DNA of 64,000 nucleotides, the filler included, from Octopus bimaculoides (taxonomy: Eukaryota): assembly GCF_001194135.2 (NCBI RefSeq). It is 4 parts of 4 records of this genome, joined end to end, with 100 filler letters (N's around TTAATTAATTAA, not from the genome) between each part and the next. Parts side by side here need not be neighbours in the genome. Positions count along the whole stretch, not along the records: positions 1 to 23,557 come from NC_068995.1; 3 more parts are not named here. One strand, given 5' to 3'. How positions within the stretch are numbered: the stretch's first letter is position 1; each line of letters opens with the position of its first letter. Shown here piece after piece: positions 9,840 to 21,494 of the stretch. Both the position numbers and the translations under genes were made by a program. The notes beneath the pieces were generated by a model that had not been told where the DNA came from, did no database searches, and saw only the letters and a list, made by a program, of their open reading frames with translations.

Positions 9840-12039
9840 TGATTTTTGTCTACAAAGAAATACCTCTATCTACCAATACCTGCTTTCTCAGCTTTCCAAA
9901 TGCAACACTTCCCTTCCCAATTCAATAGTATATATCTGCATCAAGACCACCATCTCTTCACAATATGCTTTCAAGGTAAACAAAAGTATCAATAACTTCT
10001 AACCTTGTTCCATTCACAAAAATGTTTGGTTCAGAATATGTTTGTCCTGGCATGGGAGTAAACATTACTTTGGTTTTCCCAAGACTAACTGTGAGTCCTA
10101 AATGTACATATGCAGTGGAAAATCTGTCCATTGTATGTTACCAACAAATCTGTCCATTATATGTTACCAACAAATCAGAATCATCAGAGTAAAGCAATTC
10201 TCTAACTAGTGTTTTGAAAGTTTTTGCTTTGCAGTTAAACCAGGTAATATTAAAAATGCAACCAGATGTTCAAAATCTGATTCTGATTCCCCTGTTGGAA
10301 TTCTTGAAAGCATACCAAATTAATGCAGCAAAATAAATAGAGAAAAGTGTAGGGGCAAGAATATCTCCCTGTTTGACACCATTGTCCACTGAAAATTCAT
10401 GAGATAGTTCACCATTAAACACTACCTGAGCTTTCATGTTTCTATGTAGTTCCTTAAAGATGCATACAAAATGTGTTGGGCAATCAAGTTTACACAAAAT
10501 GATCCACAGTGCCTCCCTGTTTACCATGTCAAATGCCTTAGTTAAATCTATGAAGACCTGGTATAGTGGCATTTGCTCCTCTAAGCATTTCTCCTGAAAC
10601 TGCCTCACAGAAAATATCATGTCTATTGTTCCTTGCCCAGATCTGAAACCTCACGAATCACATGTGAACACACATTTTCAACGAGACGATCTAACATGAT
10701 CCTTGAAAGTATCTTCCTAGTATGTGCCAAGAGAGTTATTCCTCTAGAATTACCACACACTGATTTTGGGCCCTTGTATAGAAATTGGAGTGGCACAGGG
10801 GATTATTTTCAAACATAAGTTATCAAGCTATGAATTTCAGATGAAATATGATCCCTGCTTTCAGAATTTCAACTGGAATGCTGTCCAGTCTAGGAGCTTT
10901 ACCTGATCTTAATTTATATAATGCCATTACTTCTTCAACTGAAGGTATATTATTTGTGTGTTGCACTATCTCTCTTTGCAGAATGTTATTTATGATACCC
11001 ATGTTTACAACAGGATTGTGGAAAAGATCTGCGAAGTGTTTTCTCCGTCTATTCATTTTTCTAAGAGGATCTTTATTCTGGGTTATATATATATGTTGTG
11101 GAAAGAAAATACAGTCTATTATTTTGGATAAAAATTCATGGTTATTTTTAACCTTTATGTTATGCTCATTGATTGAAAGTCTGTATGCCTCACTAAGTCT
11201 CTCCATAATATTTACAGTTCCTAAAAGTGACAGTGAGACCATATTATCAATGTGCTGCTTTGACTTCTCATGCTTTTCAGTTTCTTCTTACATTTTGTTT
11301 AAATTTTTAAAACAATCTTTTGTCCACATTACATCTCCTCCAAACAGCAAACATGGGAAGCAAAACAGTGCATTTTTACTTCACAGCTGCAAAGCCAACT
11401 TTTCCGTTGGTACCATTCAGAATTAAAGCTATGAATATATTTCTTGTTGCTTATGCCTGGCTGAGATATTTGGAGATCAGGTGTTGAACAGTCTCTTTTC
11501 TTAACTGCAACTTTCTCATGAAGAGACAGCTGTGAAAACTTAAGCTGTTGAAGTTCACTTAGTCACAGAACTTATTTCTAAGAGATGCAAGGAGGCCATG
11601 GTTAAATGTGATGCATTTGGTGCTTCGCTTAAACATCTCTGTGCTGAGACTGAAAATGGCTTGAATATATAAGAAAGCTTAGCAGATATACAAACAGCTA
11701 TATTGTGTTATTCATGAGAGAACAAATGGCAGGGTAAATCTAGTTTTGTTATTAAAAGTGAATCTACTCAAGTGAGGTTAGATGTCAAGTATTGATAATA
11801 TCAATCAACTGCGGATAGCTATTGTTTTGGCTGTCAACTTGTGAGGTCTTATTGTTCTTAACTACAAACAATAGCATTACCTAGCTAAGGGGAAATTGAG
11901 GATTTGATTTCAATTCTAGTGTTAGTTAGTCTGCAAATGAAAATATATTCCACACGTTAGTTACAAAGTCAAATCAGGCAGTCTTATTTGTTGACCGAAT
12001 ACTGCCGCAAATTCCCTGTATGATTACCAGTTTGTATCA

Positions 12040-12739
12040 GTTTGTGTTTTAGCCAATGTTTGTCATTGAATATGTCATCACTCTGCCATATCATACTTGG
12101 TCAAATGGACAAACAGAGCATCTTGTTGACATTTTCAAAAGAGCATTGAGAAAGGTGAACAATGAAGTAATGGACGATCTTGCACTTCAACAGTTTCTGA
12201 GAGTGTACTGAGTAACACCTAATCTGAATACCTCATTTGGAATATCACTTGCAGAACTGATGTTTGCTAGAAAGATCAGATTCATCTTTGATAACCTGAT
12301 ACTGAGTGAAAAAATAGAAAAAAGGCAACCAACAAAAATACTTCCAAATTCTTCAAGTTAGGTGACAAAGTTTCTTTTTTTTAACTTATAGATATGGTAA
12401 AGAAAGCTGGAAGGATGGTGTAATTATGAAACAGATTTGAAGAATGTTATTCCTGGTAAAAAGAAAAAATGTTGAACATACAAGACATTAACTAACTTAA
12501 AAAAAAGATTCATAGAAAAAACAGTAAAAAAAAAAATGAAATCCCCATGGAAGTATTGTATGACACATTTGAGGTACCAACACCTGAACAATTTGAAGCT
12601 ACATGTTCTAGCACCAGAAAACGGAGAAGAATAGAAAGAGTGAAATTGAACCCTAAGCATAAGAGATATTAAAATTATGAGCGGAGTTTAATTCTCAAAC
12701 AGGGAGAAGTTAGGGGAGACTAATTCTAAAAAGGGGAGA
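12040..12739 (+). mobile_element. Ty3/Gypsy integrase C-terminal remnant with polypurine tract
   Basis: PYHTWSNGQTEHLVDIFKRALRK and SLAELMFARKIRFIFDNL resemble the PYHPxSNGxAER..FKRAL / SPAELMFxRKIR integrase motifs. PPT AAAAAGGGGAGA directly precedes TGTTG at 12740. Confidence 0.75.
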
Positions 12740-12953
12740 TGTTGTGGAAGGATTCTAGCTACTCACCAGGTGACTAAAGGTGGACTGACTCATTGTTATA
12801 AAATAAAGAACTGTGAGAGATTGGCAGTTCAGATTGGTAAGCAGTTCACCGTGAGCTGTTGATTGAGAGTGTTGAGTCTCATGTAATAGTGATCATAGTG
12901 CATCGTGTAAATACTTTCTTTCCCTCCTACTTCATTAAATTATATATCCAACA
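12740..12953 (+). repeat. 3' LTR of Gypsy element (214 bp, TGTTG...CAACA)
   Basis: Begins TGTTG immediately after the PPT, ends CAACA at 12949-12953, and contains AATAAA near 12802. Confidence 0.75.
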
Positions 12954-13074
12954 CTAGGATNNNNNNNNNNNNNNNNNNNNNNNNNNNNNNNNNNNNNNNN
13001 NNNNNNNNNNNNNNNNNNNNNNNNNNNNNNNNNNNNNNNNNNNNNNNNNNNNNNNNNNNNNNNNNNNNNNNNNN

Positions 13075-13107
<33 letters not shown>

Positions 13108-13308
13108 TTCTGAGTGAATCTTCCATGTGTTATCATGTACCTCTTTGTGACAATGTAAACTTTCATTTAATCAAGATATCCTTGGCCTGAAGAGTAGCCT
13201 GTGGTATACACCTTGCTTGAATATTTACCACTTCTGAGGTTCCACTTGCTATGAAACATATGTATCCCAGGTCTTATCTCCATTCCTCAACTCTTGTATA
13301 TATATGAA

Positions 13309-13624
13309 GGCACAAGAGTGGCTGTGTGGTAAGTAGCTTGCTTACCAACCACATGGTTCCGAGTTCAGTCCCACTGTGTGACACCTTGGGCAAGTGTCTC
13401 CTACTATAGCCTTGGGCCGACCAAGGCTATATGTATGTGTGTGTGTGTATTTGATCCCCAACATCGCTTGACAATCGATGCTGGTGTTTACATCTCTGTA
13501 ATTTAGCAGTTCAGCAAAAGAGAACGACAGAATAAGTATTAGGCTTACAACGAGTAAGTCCTGGGATCGATTTGCTCCAGTATGGCCACAGTCAAACGAC
13601 TGAAACAAGTAAAAGAATAAAAGA
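13309..13624 (+). mobile_element. tRNA-derived SINE, family A, with ...GACTGAAACAAGTAAAAGA tail
   Basis: Head GAGTGGCTGTGTGGTAAGTAGCTTGC..GGTTCCGAGTTCAGTCCC; internal (GT)n; tail CCAGTATGGCCACAGTCAAACGACTGAAACAAGTAAAAGAATAAAAGA. Confidence 0.85.
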
Positions 13625-13641
13625 ATATATTTATCTTGAGA

Positions 13642-13703
<62 letters not shown>

Positions 13704-14005
13704 NNNNNNNNNNNNNNNNNNNNNNNNNNNNNNNNNNNNNNNNNNNNNNNNNNNNNNNNNNNNNNNNNNNNNNNNNNNNNNNNNNNNNNNNNNNNNNNNN
13801 NNNNNNNNNNNNNNNNNNNNNNNNNNNNNNNNNNNNNNNNNNNNNNNNNNNNNNNNNNNNNNNNNNNNNNNNNNNNNNNNNNNNNNNNNNNNNNNNNNNN
13901 NNNNNNNNNNNNNNNNNNNNNNNNNNNNNNNNNNNNNNNNNNNNNNNNNNNNNNNNNNNNNNNNNNNNNNNNNNNNNNNNNNNNNNNNNNNNNNNNNNNN
14001 NNNNN

Positions 14006-14057
<52 letters not shown>

Positions 14058-14699
14058 CATATATATGTGTATATATGTGTGTATATGTATGTATGTATGT
14101 GTATATGTGTATATGTATTTGTGTATGCATCTATGTTTTCACACATTTATATGTATGTGTTGTCCAACCTACTATCCGGCAGCGTCCAACTCTCTAACGG
14201 TTTTTTTCAAATGAATCACGTCATAACCTTACGTTTAAGATGATTCACATGCTTTCCCTGATGAGAAGGTTACAATTTTAATATCACAGATCCCTATGGA
14301 TCACATAGGTTGTAATCCTTTGAAACATATGTAGGAATAAAGTATGCAATTATAACATGCGTTTTCTCCATTCCTTAAATTTTTAAATATACTCAAATAC
14401 CCAAAATTTCAAGGAGTTCCTGCCTTAAAAACAGGAACAACACCAAAGTTATTTTGTGTTCTTTGCTACATTGGTTTCTATTAACCCATTTATTCTATCC
14501 GAAGAATTATTATTCATTAAGATAGAAGAAATACATATATATATATATATATATATATAGATCTATATGCATACATGTATATGTATACATATGTGTAGAT
14601 GTACATGTAATATGTACACATATATACATGAATACAGATATCTATACATATATACACCCATACACACACACACATACACATGCACACAAACACACACAT

Positions 14700-14950
14700 T
14701 AGTTATTTGGGTTTTTTTTATCTAGAACTACGTCAAAAGTACTGAATGGATCTTTATGAAATTTGGAAATTATATTCTATGCATAACAGCCATAACCCCC
14801 ATGAAAATTCATATGTTTTTGATGTTGATGAAATTTTAACCATACATATTACACACAAATAAAGTAATATTTCTAAAATTTCTTCTTCTTAGAAGTTACA
14901 AAGACTCCTTCATGGGAACTTCACACCCACTATTTAATCATTTTTCCTAA
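14700..14950 (+). mobile_element. Possible Helentron-associated (HINE/DINE-like) fragment
   Basis: AAAAGTACTGAATGGATCTTTATGAAATTTGG resembles the ...ACTGAACCGATTTTCATGAAATTTGG motif also seen at 26330-26380, next to an (AC)n tract. Confidence 0.3.
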
Positions 14951-15559
14951 GCAAAGACGAATACAGTTGTACTATTGGAAGCTATGGGGTCACCCGAACA
15001 AAACAGATGAGCATTATTTCTAATTCAACGGTACAACAGTGTAAGACTATCCTTTCAGATATAGTTACATTGTGATTTCTGCAATGTGGTACATAAATTG
15101 TCAAGTAAATGAGATGCATCTTTGCTTCCACTGATTCACTTGATAAGTGTTGAGTAAAATTATTTCGGTGCAGACCTCCTTTGAGTCTTTTTATTATCAC
15201 TGGGTCACACATAGTCCCCACTTGGTAACATTGATTTCAAGGCCTTCCCAGATGAGTGACTGGTTGTTCTAAGATTGTAAAATTTTTCTGCCCAGTTACC
15301 TAGCGGTATAGTGGTCATTTGCAAACTCCAGAGGCGACACTTTCATTTCCCTTTACTCCAAACGTCACCCGTTGTTATTTCAATTGGCTCATGCCCTTCC
15401 AATTGCTATACATCCGTAATGCATCTTACAGCTGTGCCTGTCACCTGTAAGGTGAGGAATCCTACATTGGGGAGTAGTGACGACTAGGCTAGGGTAGCTG
15501 ACTGATTATCGGGATCATTCGTCTTTTGGTTTCTTGTAGCTTTGCTCTCTTTTACAAAC

Positions 15560-16450
15560 CCAGTGAACAAACATATATTTCCTATTTCAAAGAAATTCAA
15601 ATACATATTAGACCCAAGTTAAAAACATTCCCAACAATTCAACTTCTCTGGATGACATTAACACATCCACCCCCAATAGGGGTCTTAACTCCCACATTTT
15701 TCAGTTCCATGAGCTCCATTTTTCAGGAGCAAAATCCTATTTACAGGGTCCATAATACTGGAATTTTGGAATGTGCGCATAAATATCAGATATATAAAGA
15801 TGAGAATGTGTTTGTGTGAATCCCTAAAACTCGACAACTACACAACCAATTTCATTCCAAATTAACACATGCCTTACTTAGGGTCCATGTAGTGTCTTAG
15901 NNNNNNNNNNNNNNNNNNNNNNNNNNNNNNNNNNNNNNNNNNNNNNNNNNNNNNNNNNNNNNNNNNNNNNNNNNNNNNNNNNNNNNNNNNNNNNNNNNNN
16001 NNNNNNNNNNNNNNNNNNNNNNNNNNNNNNNNNNNNNNNNNNNNNNNNNNNNNNNNNNNNNNNNNNNNNNNNNNNNNNNNNNNNNNNNNNNNNNNNNNNN
16101 NNNNNNNNNNNNNNNNNNNNNNNNNNNNNNNNNNNNNNNNNNNNNNNNNNNNNNNNNNNNNNNNNNNNNNNNNNNNNNNNNNNNNNNNNNNNNNNNNNNN
16201 NNTCTTAACTCCCACATTTTTCAGTTCCATGAGCTCCATTTTTCAGGAGCAAAATCCTTTTTACTGGTTCCAGAAGACTGAAATTTTGGAATATGCACAT
16301 AAAGATCAATAGTATGGGATACATGTCTCATAATTTGAATTTTCTGAGGGTGTGTGTAAAGAGGGAAAGAACCCTCATGTGCAATTTTGATGAAATTTGA
16401 ATCATATGTATTCCAGTTCCTTAGAAAATATAACAGAAAAGTCTCATTCT
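15560..16450 (+). repeat. Repeat with a ~58-bp segment duplicated on both sides of an assembly gap; HINE-like motifs
   Basis: TCTTAACTCCCACATTTTTCAGTTCCATGAGCTCCATTTTTCAGGAGCAAAATCCT at 15684 and 16203; GCAATTTTGATGAAATTTGA at 16381. Confidence 0.45.
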
Positions 16451-16859
16451 TCAATTGCATGTAACATGGGCAACGTCGGGTATCTCTGCTAGTATATATA
16501 TATATGCACAAACACACACATGCCTTCATATATCTATCACAAACCCTAACCTCAAACCTCTCCTATATTTCTCTCCACCATTTGCCACAGCCACCTCTGT
16601 CCAGCCCACTCACTCAGTCTAAACCCCTACATCATCTCATGTCTCAACATAGCTTGGCCACCATCTCTTTCACTATCACTCTCTTTATCTTACTCTATGA
16701 TACACCCACTCTTTTTATTTTACTTTCTAACTCACTTTTTCTTTTCTAGCTGGTGTATTTATGTATCTACTCTACTGCAAGACATCTATCTCTGTCCCTC
16801 TATGCCTTTAATCTCTCAACTGACATAAAGCCACCCCCACCTCAATACTACTCCCCCTC

Positions 16860-17130
16860 TCTGTTGAGGGAATTTTGTCTTGCATGGGACATGGTGATCC
16901 TGTTGGTGATGATGTCACATAAAATGCACTGGTGCCAATGCCATGTAAAAAGCAAAGGTGCTGGTGTCACATAAAAAGCACACTGTACACTGTAAAGTGG
17001 TTGGCATTAGGAAGGGCACCCAGCTGTCAAAACCATGCCAAAATAGACAATGGTGCCTGGAGTGGCTACCCACTTATCAGACAGGCAGGCCAACATTCCC
17101 TCTGAGCAGGACACCATTCTGTTGGAAGGT
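16860..17130 (+). mobile_element. Fragment of RTE-family 3'UTR with short tandem GTGCCAYRTAAAAAGCA units
   Basis: GTGGTTGGCATTAGGAAGGGCACCCAGCTGT matches 5435-5462 and 48650-48680. Confidence 0.6.
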
Positions 17131-17174
17131 TACCCACTTGTAGCAGAGCGCATAAATACATATCTAAAGTGGGT

Positions 17175-17313
17175 ACAGGCATGGCTGTGTGGCTAAGAAG
17201 TTTGCATCCCAAATGTGTGGTCTCACAGTGTGACACCTGTATCTTATACAACATCTCCAGGCCAGCTAAAGTCTTGTGAGTGAATATGGTAGACAGAGAC
17301 CAAAAGAAACTTG

Positions 17314-17370
<57 letters not shown>

Positions 17371-17614
17371 CATGCACGTGTGTGTCTGTGTGTATATTCT
17401 TGTCTTGATATCAAGTGATGGTTGTAAATAAGCATCACCATCATAAAAGCAATGTTGTTTGTTTCCAGAACTCTGTAGAAAATATGTCTGGCTATGGGGA
17501 AATATTACCTTGCTTGTAAACAGGTGAGGGTTGATGAAAGGAGCATAGAACATTTGTTTCAATAAATTCAATGTGACCCATGCAAGCATGGAAAAGTAGA
17601 CGTTAAATGATGAT
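17175..17614 (+). mobile_element. tRNA-derived SINE (family A head) with RTE-LINE-type 3' tail
   Basis: Diverged family A head, then (GT)n, ending ACCCATGCAAGCATGGAAAAGTAGACGTTAAATGATGAT. That end matches the RTE 3' terminus at 48751-48805. Confidence 0.7.
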
Positions 17615-17644
17615 AACAATACATATATATGAATACACACACAC

Positions 17645-20170
17645 ATCACTGTATTGACCAGGCTATTGGATGTTATACATCACTGATCACAATGTGCTTC
17701 CAATTCTCTCTTGATTGCACCAATTTTTTTTCCAACATGGTTCCAATCATTTAACTAAATCATTTTCTCAATATTGAGGAGGCCTTCAAGTGACCTTTTC
17801 TTGGATACCATTTGGCAACTGTACAGGCTTACCTGTTGTCTATGAAACTGTGATGTGTCTGGCCCAATGGAACTTGTGATTTCAGTATTCTGTGATCATA
17901 TCATTCACTGTGCTCTTTTCTTGAATTTTCTCATTTCAGACATACTGTCATAATGATATTCTTAGTATGGATCTTTCCGTGGTCCTTTGCACTGTAATCA
18001 AGTGATATTTTCCCCTTTTTACAGTAACCAATGTCTTACTTGCTAATAAAGACACAGGTAGGATGATACTATTGAAGAGTCTGCCTCATTTGAGCTTATC
18101 CAGCTTTTCTTTCAGCACATCTTTTATTGAGGTAAAAGCCTTGTTGACTAAGTGTATATTCACTGTGTGCCCTAAATAGATGTACTTCTTTACTTCTTCA
18201 ATTTCATTGCTTCCTACCTCTATTTGACCTTGTACTACATTCTCAGACCACATGTATTTTGTTTTTATGTGGTTCCTTTTAAGATCTAGTGCTGACCTGT
18301 AGGTGTCCAACTCTGTCAGCATGGTCTGCAGCTGATTTATGGTTTTGGCAATGAGTACAATGTCACTGAAAATCAGAGATGTGTTAGCAGCTTGCTGTTG
18401 ATGTTCACACTGCCCCGATGACCAATTCTAGACATGCAGTGAAGAGTTTTGGAGAGATGGCATCTCTTTATTTGATACCCTTCCCAATTAGAACTCTTAC
18501 AATAGCAGAGTTAAATTAGCAGTGCATCCAGAGTTCACATCTGAGTGCTTTGGTGCATTGCACTTTGACACCTTGCATTTCCAGAGAGTTTAGCACCACA
18601 CTAATCTTGATACAAATGAAAGCCTTTTTGTAGTTGGCAAAAGCAATGTATAGAGGTAGCTTGTATTGGTTCATTTGTTCTATAAGTGAATGTGACCCAT
18701 CATATTGTAGTTATTATGGAAACTTGCTTGCTCCATTAACTGCTGGTCATTGAAATGTTCTGATACCCTGATGAGTGTGACCTTTGTAACTAGCTTATTG
18801 CAGTGAGACAAGAGGTATATGTGTCAATAATTTCTTATGTCTTTTTTATCACCCTTATGAAGCAGGATGGTATTTGATGCTTTCACAAAGAGAGTACTTT
18901 CCTTTCCTTCAGATAGTGATTGAAGCTTAGAATGAGGATTTTCCATCCCTTCACATCTTTGTTGATATGCCATCTTTTCTTAAAATTTTGTTTGCTTTAA
19001 TCAACTTGAGAGCATTTTCAATTTCACTGACCACTTTTCCATCTTTTAGAATTTTCATTTCCTCTGCATTCTGCATAAGCTTCTCCAATCTATAATTCTC
19101 AAAGATATTGTCTGATTGAGTTACAGAGAACAAGATATTTAGGGTGTTCTTTCATGTTCCTCTTCATAATTGTCTGTTTCCCTAGCATATTCTTCATTTC
19201 CTTTGAGATTCCTCCATTAGGCTCCTGCAGTTTTCACCTTTTATTTGTAGCTTTTAATTTTCTGGTCCAGTGAATTGTAATCATCATCAATCTCTTCAGG
19301 CTGACTCCAAACTGCCCCGATGTGTTGATTCTTCATAAAGATAATGCAGGGCTTTCTCCTTGATTTTGCTGATCATAATCTTTGCCCATAGCAAGTGATG
19401 AACACTACTGGTGATGAATGGCACTATCACTGAGACATCCTGCATTATGTGTCATTTGTCAACCAGGATATAGTCAATTTCCTTTTTGTACTGAGTGTTT
19501 CAGGCTATCCAGGTCTATCTCCTTCCAGATTGCTGCCTGAATATGTTGTTCTCAATCTAAAAATCTTCTTGCCTCTGCCATAGTAATTAAACATTCCCCT
19601 CTTTTGTTTCTCTTTCCCAATCTAAACCTTACAGCATATTTCTTTCCCTGCTGTCCTTTTCCATCCTTTGTGTTGAAATCTTCATCACTATAGTGTAAAT
19701 GGATTTGTGAGCTAGCACTTTATCTAGCTCTTGGTAGAATTCTTTCATTTCATCATCTGCACTGCATTTGTGGGAACATGGATCTGGATGATCTTTAGGG
19801 TGGAATTTCCTGGGAGACAAACATCTAACACTCTCATGCATGAAAGAAGACAATTGTCAAAGCTTATTCTTTGCTTTTGATGAACCTTGTTTCACCTGTT
19901 GCTCTCACACTGCTTGCTTTTCACAGTCTTATGACACTTTCATCGGTCCATCTCATTTATTTCTTTCCTTTGATCTATTCTGCAAACTTTAAGTACATTG
20001 CAATTTATCTTCTTTTTCTCCTCCATTAAATGGACCATTCTGGTTTTCCTTGCCCAAAACTTGCAGTTGTAAGTACATATACCAAGGGTTGTCTGATTCC
20101 TTGACAGCCTATGGGTACCTGAGATTCTTAGTAGCCCCTGGCCACTCAGATTCCCCTCCACTGCCATGAA
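17645..20170 (-). mobile_element. RTE-clade LINE, heavily decayed (APE + RT)
   Basis: APE motifs GICTYNC.. (19940-20167) and SADDEMKEFYQELDKVL..TIVM (19629-19853); EIENALKLIKANKILRKDGI; RT end HIKTKYM..EIEEVKKYIYLGHTV (18086-18322). Confidence 0.75.
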
Positions 20171-20723
20171 GCAGTTTGACTAACCTGCAGAATGATTGTT
20201 AACTATGGTAGTGGGGCACATGCCTTGGCAGATCCAACCAAGCTACTGACCCCATAGAAAGACTGTCTCACTGAAGCAAGCATGTAGTTAGGCACTGAAG
20301 CTAGCTAAATGGCCTGCCTAGCCAGCACAGTGGCTTCACTTAAAAGCTACCTACATCACTTCTCTATCTCTGGTGTTATTTGACTACCATAATTACATGC
20401 AAGCAGAATAGAGACATATGACATCTCCTTCCTATCATTACCGTCTTTCTTTTCCGACCCCAGAACTGCTTCCATTCTTCATTATCTTCTTCTGGCCATG
20501 CCCTTAACACCCATTTTATCTGTTATCAATCCTAATGCCCTCACTTATCTAACATACCCCACCAGTCACTCCTATACCTCTCATCACCAATTACTACAGT
20601 CACTTCTAGCCTGTCTAATCATCTTTCTTCACATTCTAATGAAACTCACCTCTGTCTCCCTGGCGCACTCACCCAGTCCAATCTTCTGAATCAATTCACC
20701 CCACCCCACAATGATGATTATAT

Positions 20724-20763
<40 letters not shown>

Positions 20764-21122
20764 NNNNNNNNNNNNNNNNNNNNNNNNNNNNNNNNNNNNN
20801 NNNNNNNNNNNNNNNNNNNNNNNNNNNNNNNNNNNNNNNNNNNNNNNNNNNNNNNNNNNNNNNNNNNNNNNNNNNNNNNNNNNNNNNNNNNNNNNNNNNN
20901 NNNNNNNNNNNNNNNNNNNNNNNNNNNNNNNNNNNNNNNNNNNNNNNNNNNNNNNNNNNNNNNNNNNNNNNNNNNNNNNNNNNNNNNNNNNNNNNNNNNN
21001 NNNNNNNNNNNNNNNNNNNNNNNNNNNNNNNNNNNNNNNNNNNNNNNNNNNNNNNNNNNNNNNNNNNNNNNNNNNNNNNNNNNNNNNNNNNNNNNNNNNN
21101 NNNNNNNNNNNNNNNNNNNNNN

Positions 21123-21457
21123 CAGTTACTGTTAATACTTCATTTAGAGAATTAACATTGCTTGTTTTCACCCTTTTCGATATCAGTGAAGAATTTCACT
21201 GGAAAAGAAGATATAAGATTGCCAGGTTTTTGTCTCTCTCGCCAAGGTCAGCAGCTATCGGGCGCCGACGAAGGGAAATAACCCTGAAATCCGGATACGT
21301 TCGTGCTGCAGATCGAGGTGAGAGGGATAACTTCCCTTGGCAAACAGGACACAGTCGTGTGTCGATAAGCCAGCTGGAGGAGATGTCCTCCTGGGGCTAA
21401 AAGCAACAGTAACATCCACCCCTAGGGGTCAGCCACACTTAAGTGGCAATATACTAC

Positions 21458-21462
<5 letters not shown>
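21123..21462 (+). mobile_element. ~346-nt hammerhead-containing repeat unit ending at an (AT)n tract (retrozyme/PLE pLTR-like)
   Basis: 3' 75 nt are identical to 49442-49513 and 5' 40 nt are identical to 49520-49560, showing a head-to-tail junction in the other copy. Contains the hammerhead at 21251-21309. Confidence 0.65.
21251..21309 (+). ncRNA. Minimal type I hammerhead ribozyme (core variant CCGACGA)
   Basis: Helix I CGGGCG/CGTTCG extended by GCAGC/GCTGC after an internal loop; core CCGACGA 21265-71 (U4->C); helix II AGGG-AAATAA-CCCT; GAAA 21286-89; palindromic helix III ATCCGGAT; cleavage predicted after A21297. Confidence 0.6.

Positions 21463-21494
<32 letters not shown>

Larger units (their letters stand above)
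8251..11760 (-). mobile_element. RTE-BovB-like LINE, decayed, with C-terminal C2H2 zinc fingers; split by an insertion at 9017-9839
   Basis: RT ORF 10270-10620 (RQFQEKCLEEQMPLYQVFIDLTKAFDMVNREALW..GVKQGDILAPTLFSIYF); 8797-9018 (TKINVYKTCVLTALLY..LERFHQKCLRCILGVKW); 8251-8766 (RYKDCVKENLKK..CIMCNHVLLSKARHMNHMKSH..CVICHK). The reading frame continues across the insertion (GISL*TKIS / VTKINVY). Confidence 0.85.

Noticed and set aside
14982-15480. Possible Gypsy integrase zinc-finger remnant on minus (LEFANDHYTAR*LGRKILQS)
   Set aside because: Only one weak motif; neighbouring frames do not support it.
15684-16260. Direct repeat flanking a gap as a possible LTR pair
   Set aside because: No TG..CA ends or PPT/PBS; may be an unmerged contig overlap or tandem repeat.
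20170-20360. HDV-like ribozyme in the 5'UTR of the RTE element
   Set aside because: Looked for because some RTEs have one, but no nested double pseudoknot could be traced by eye.
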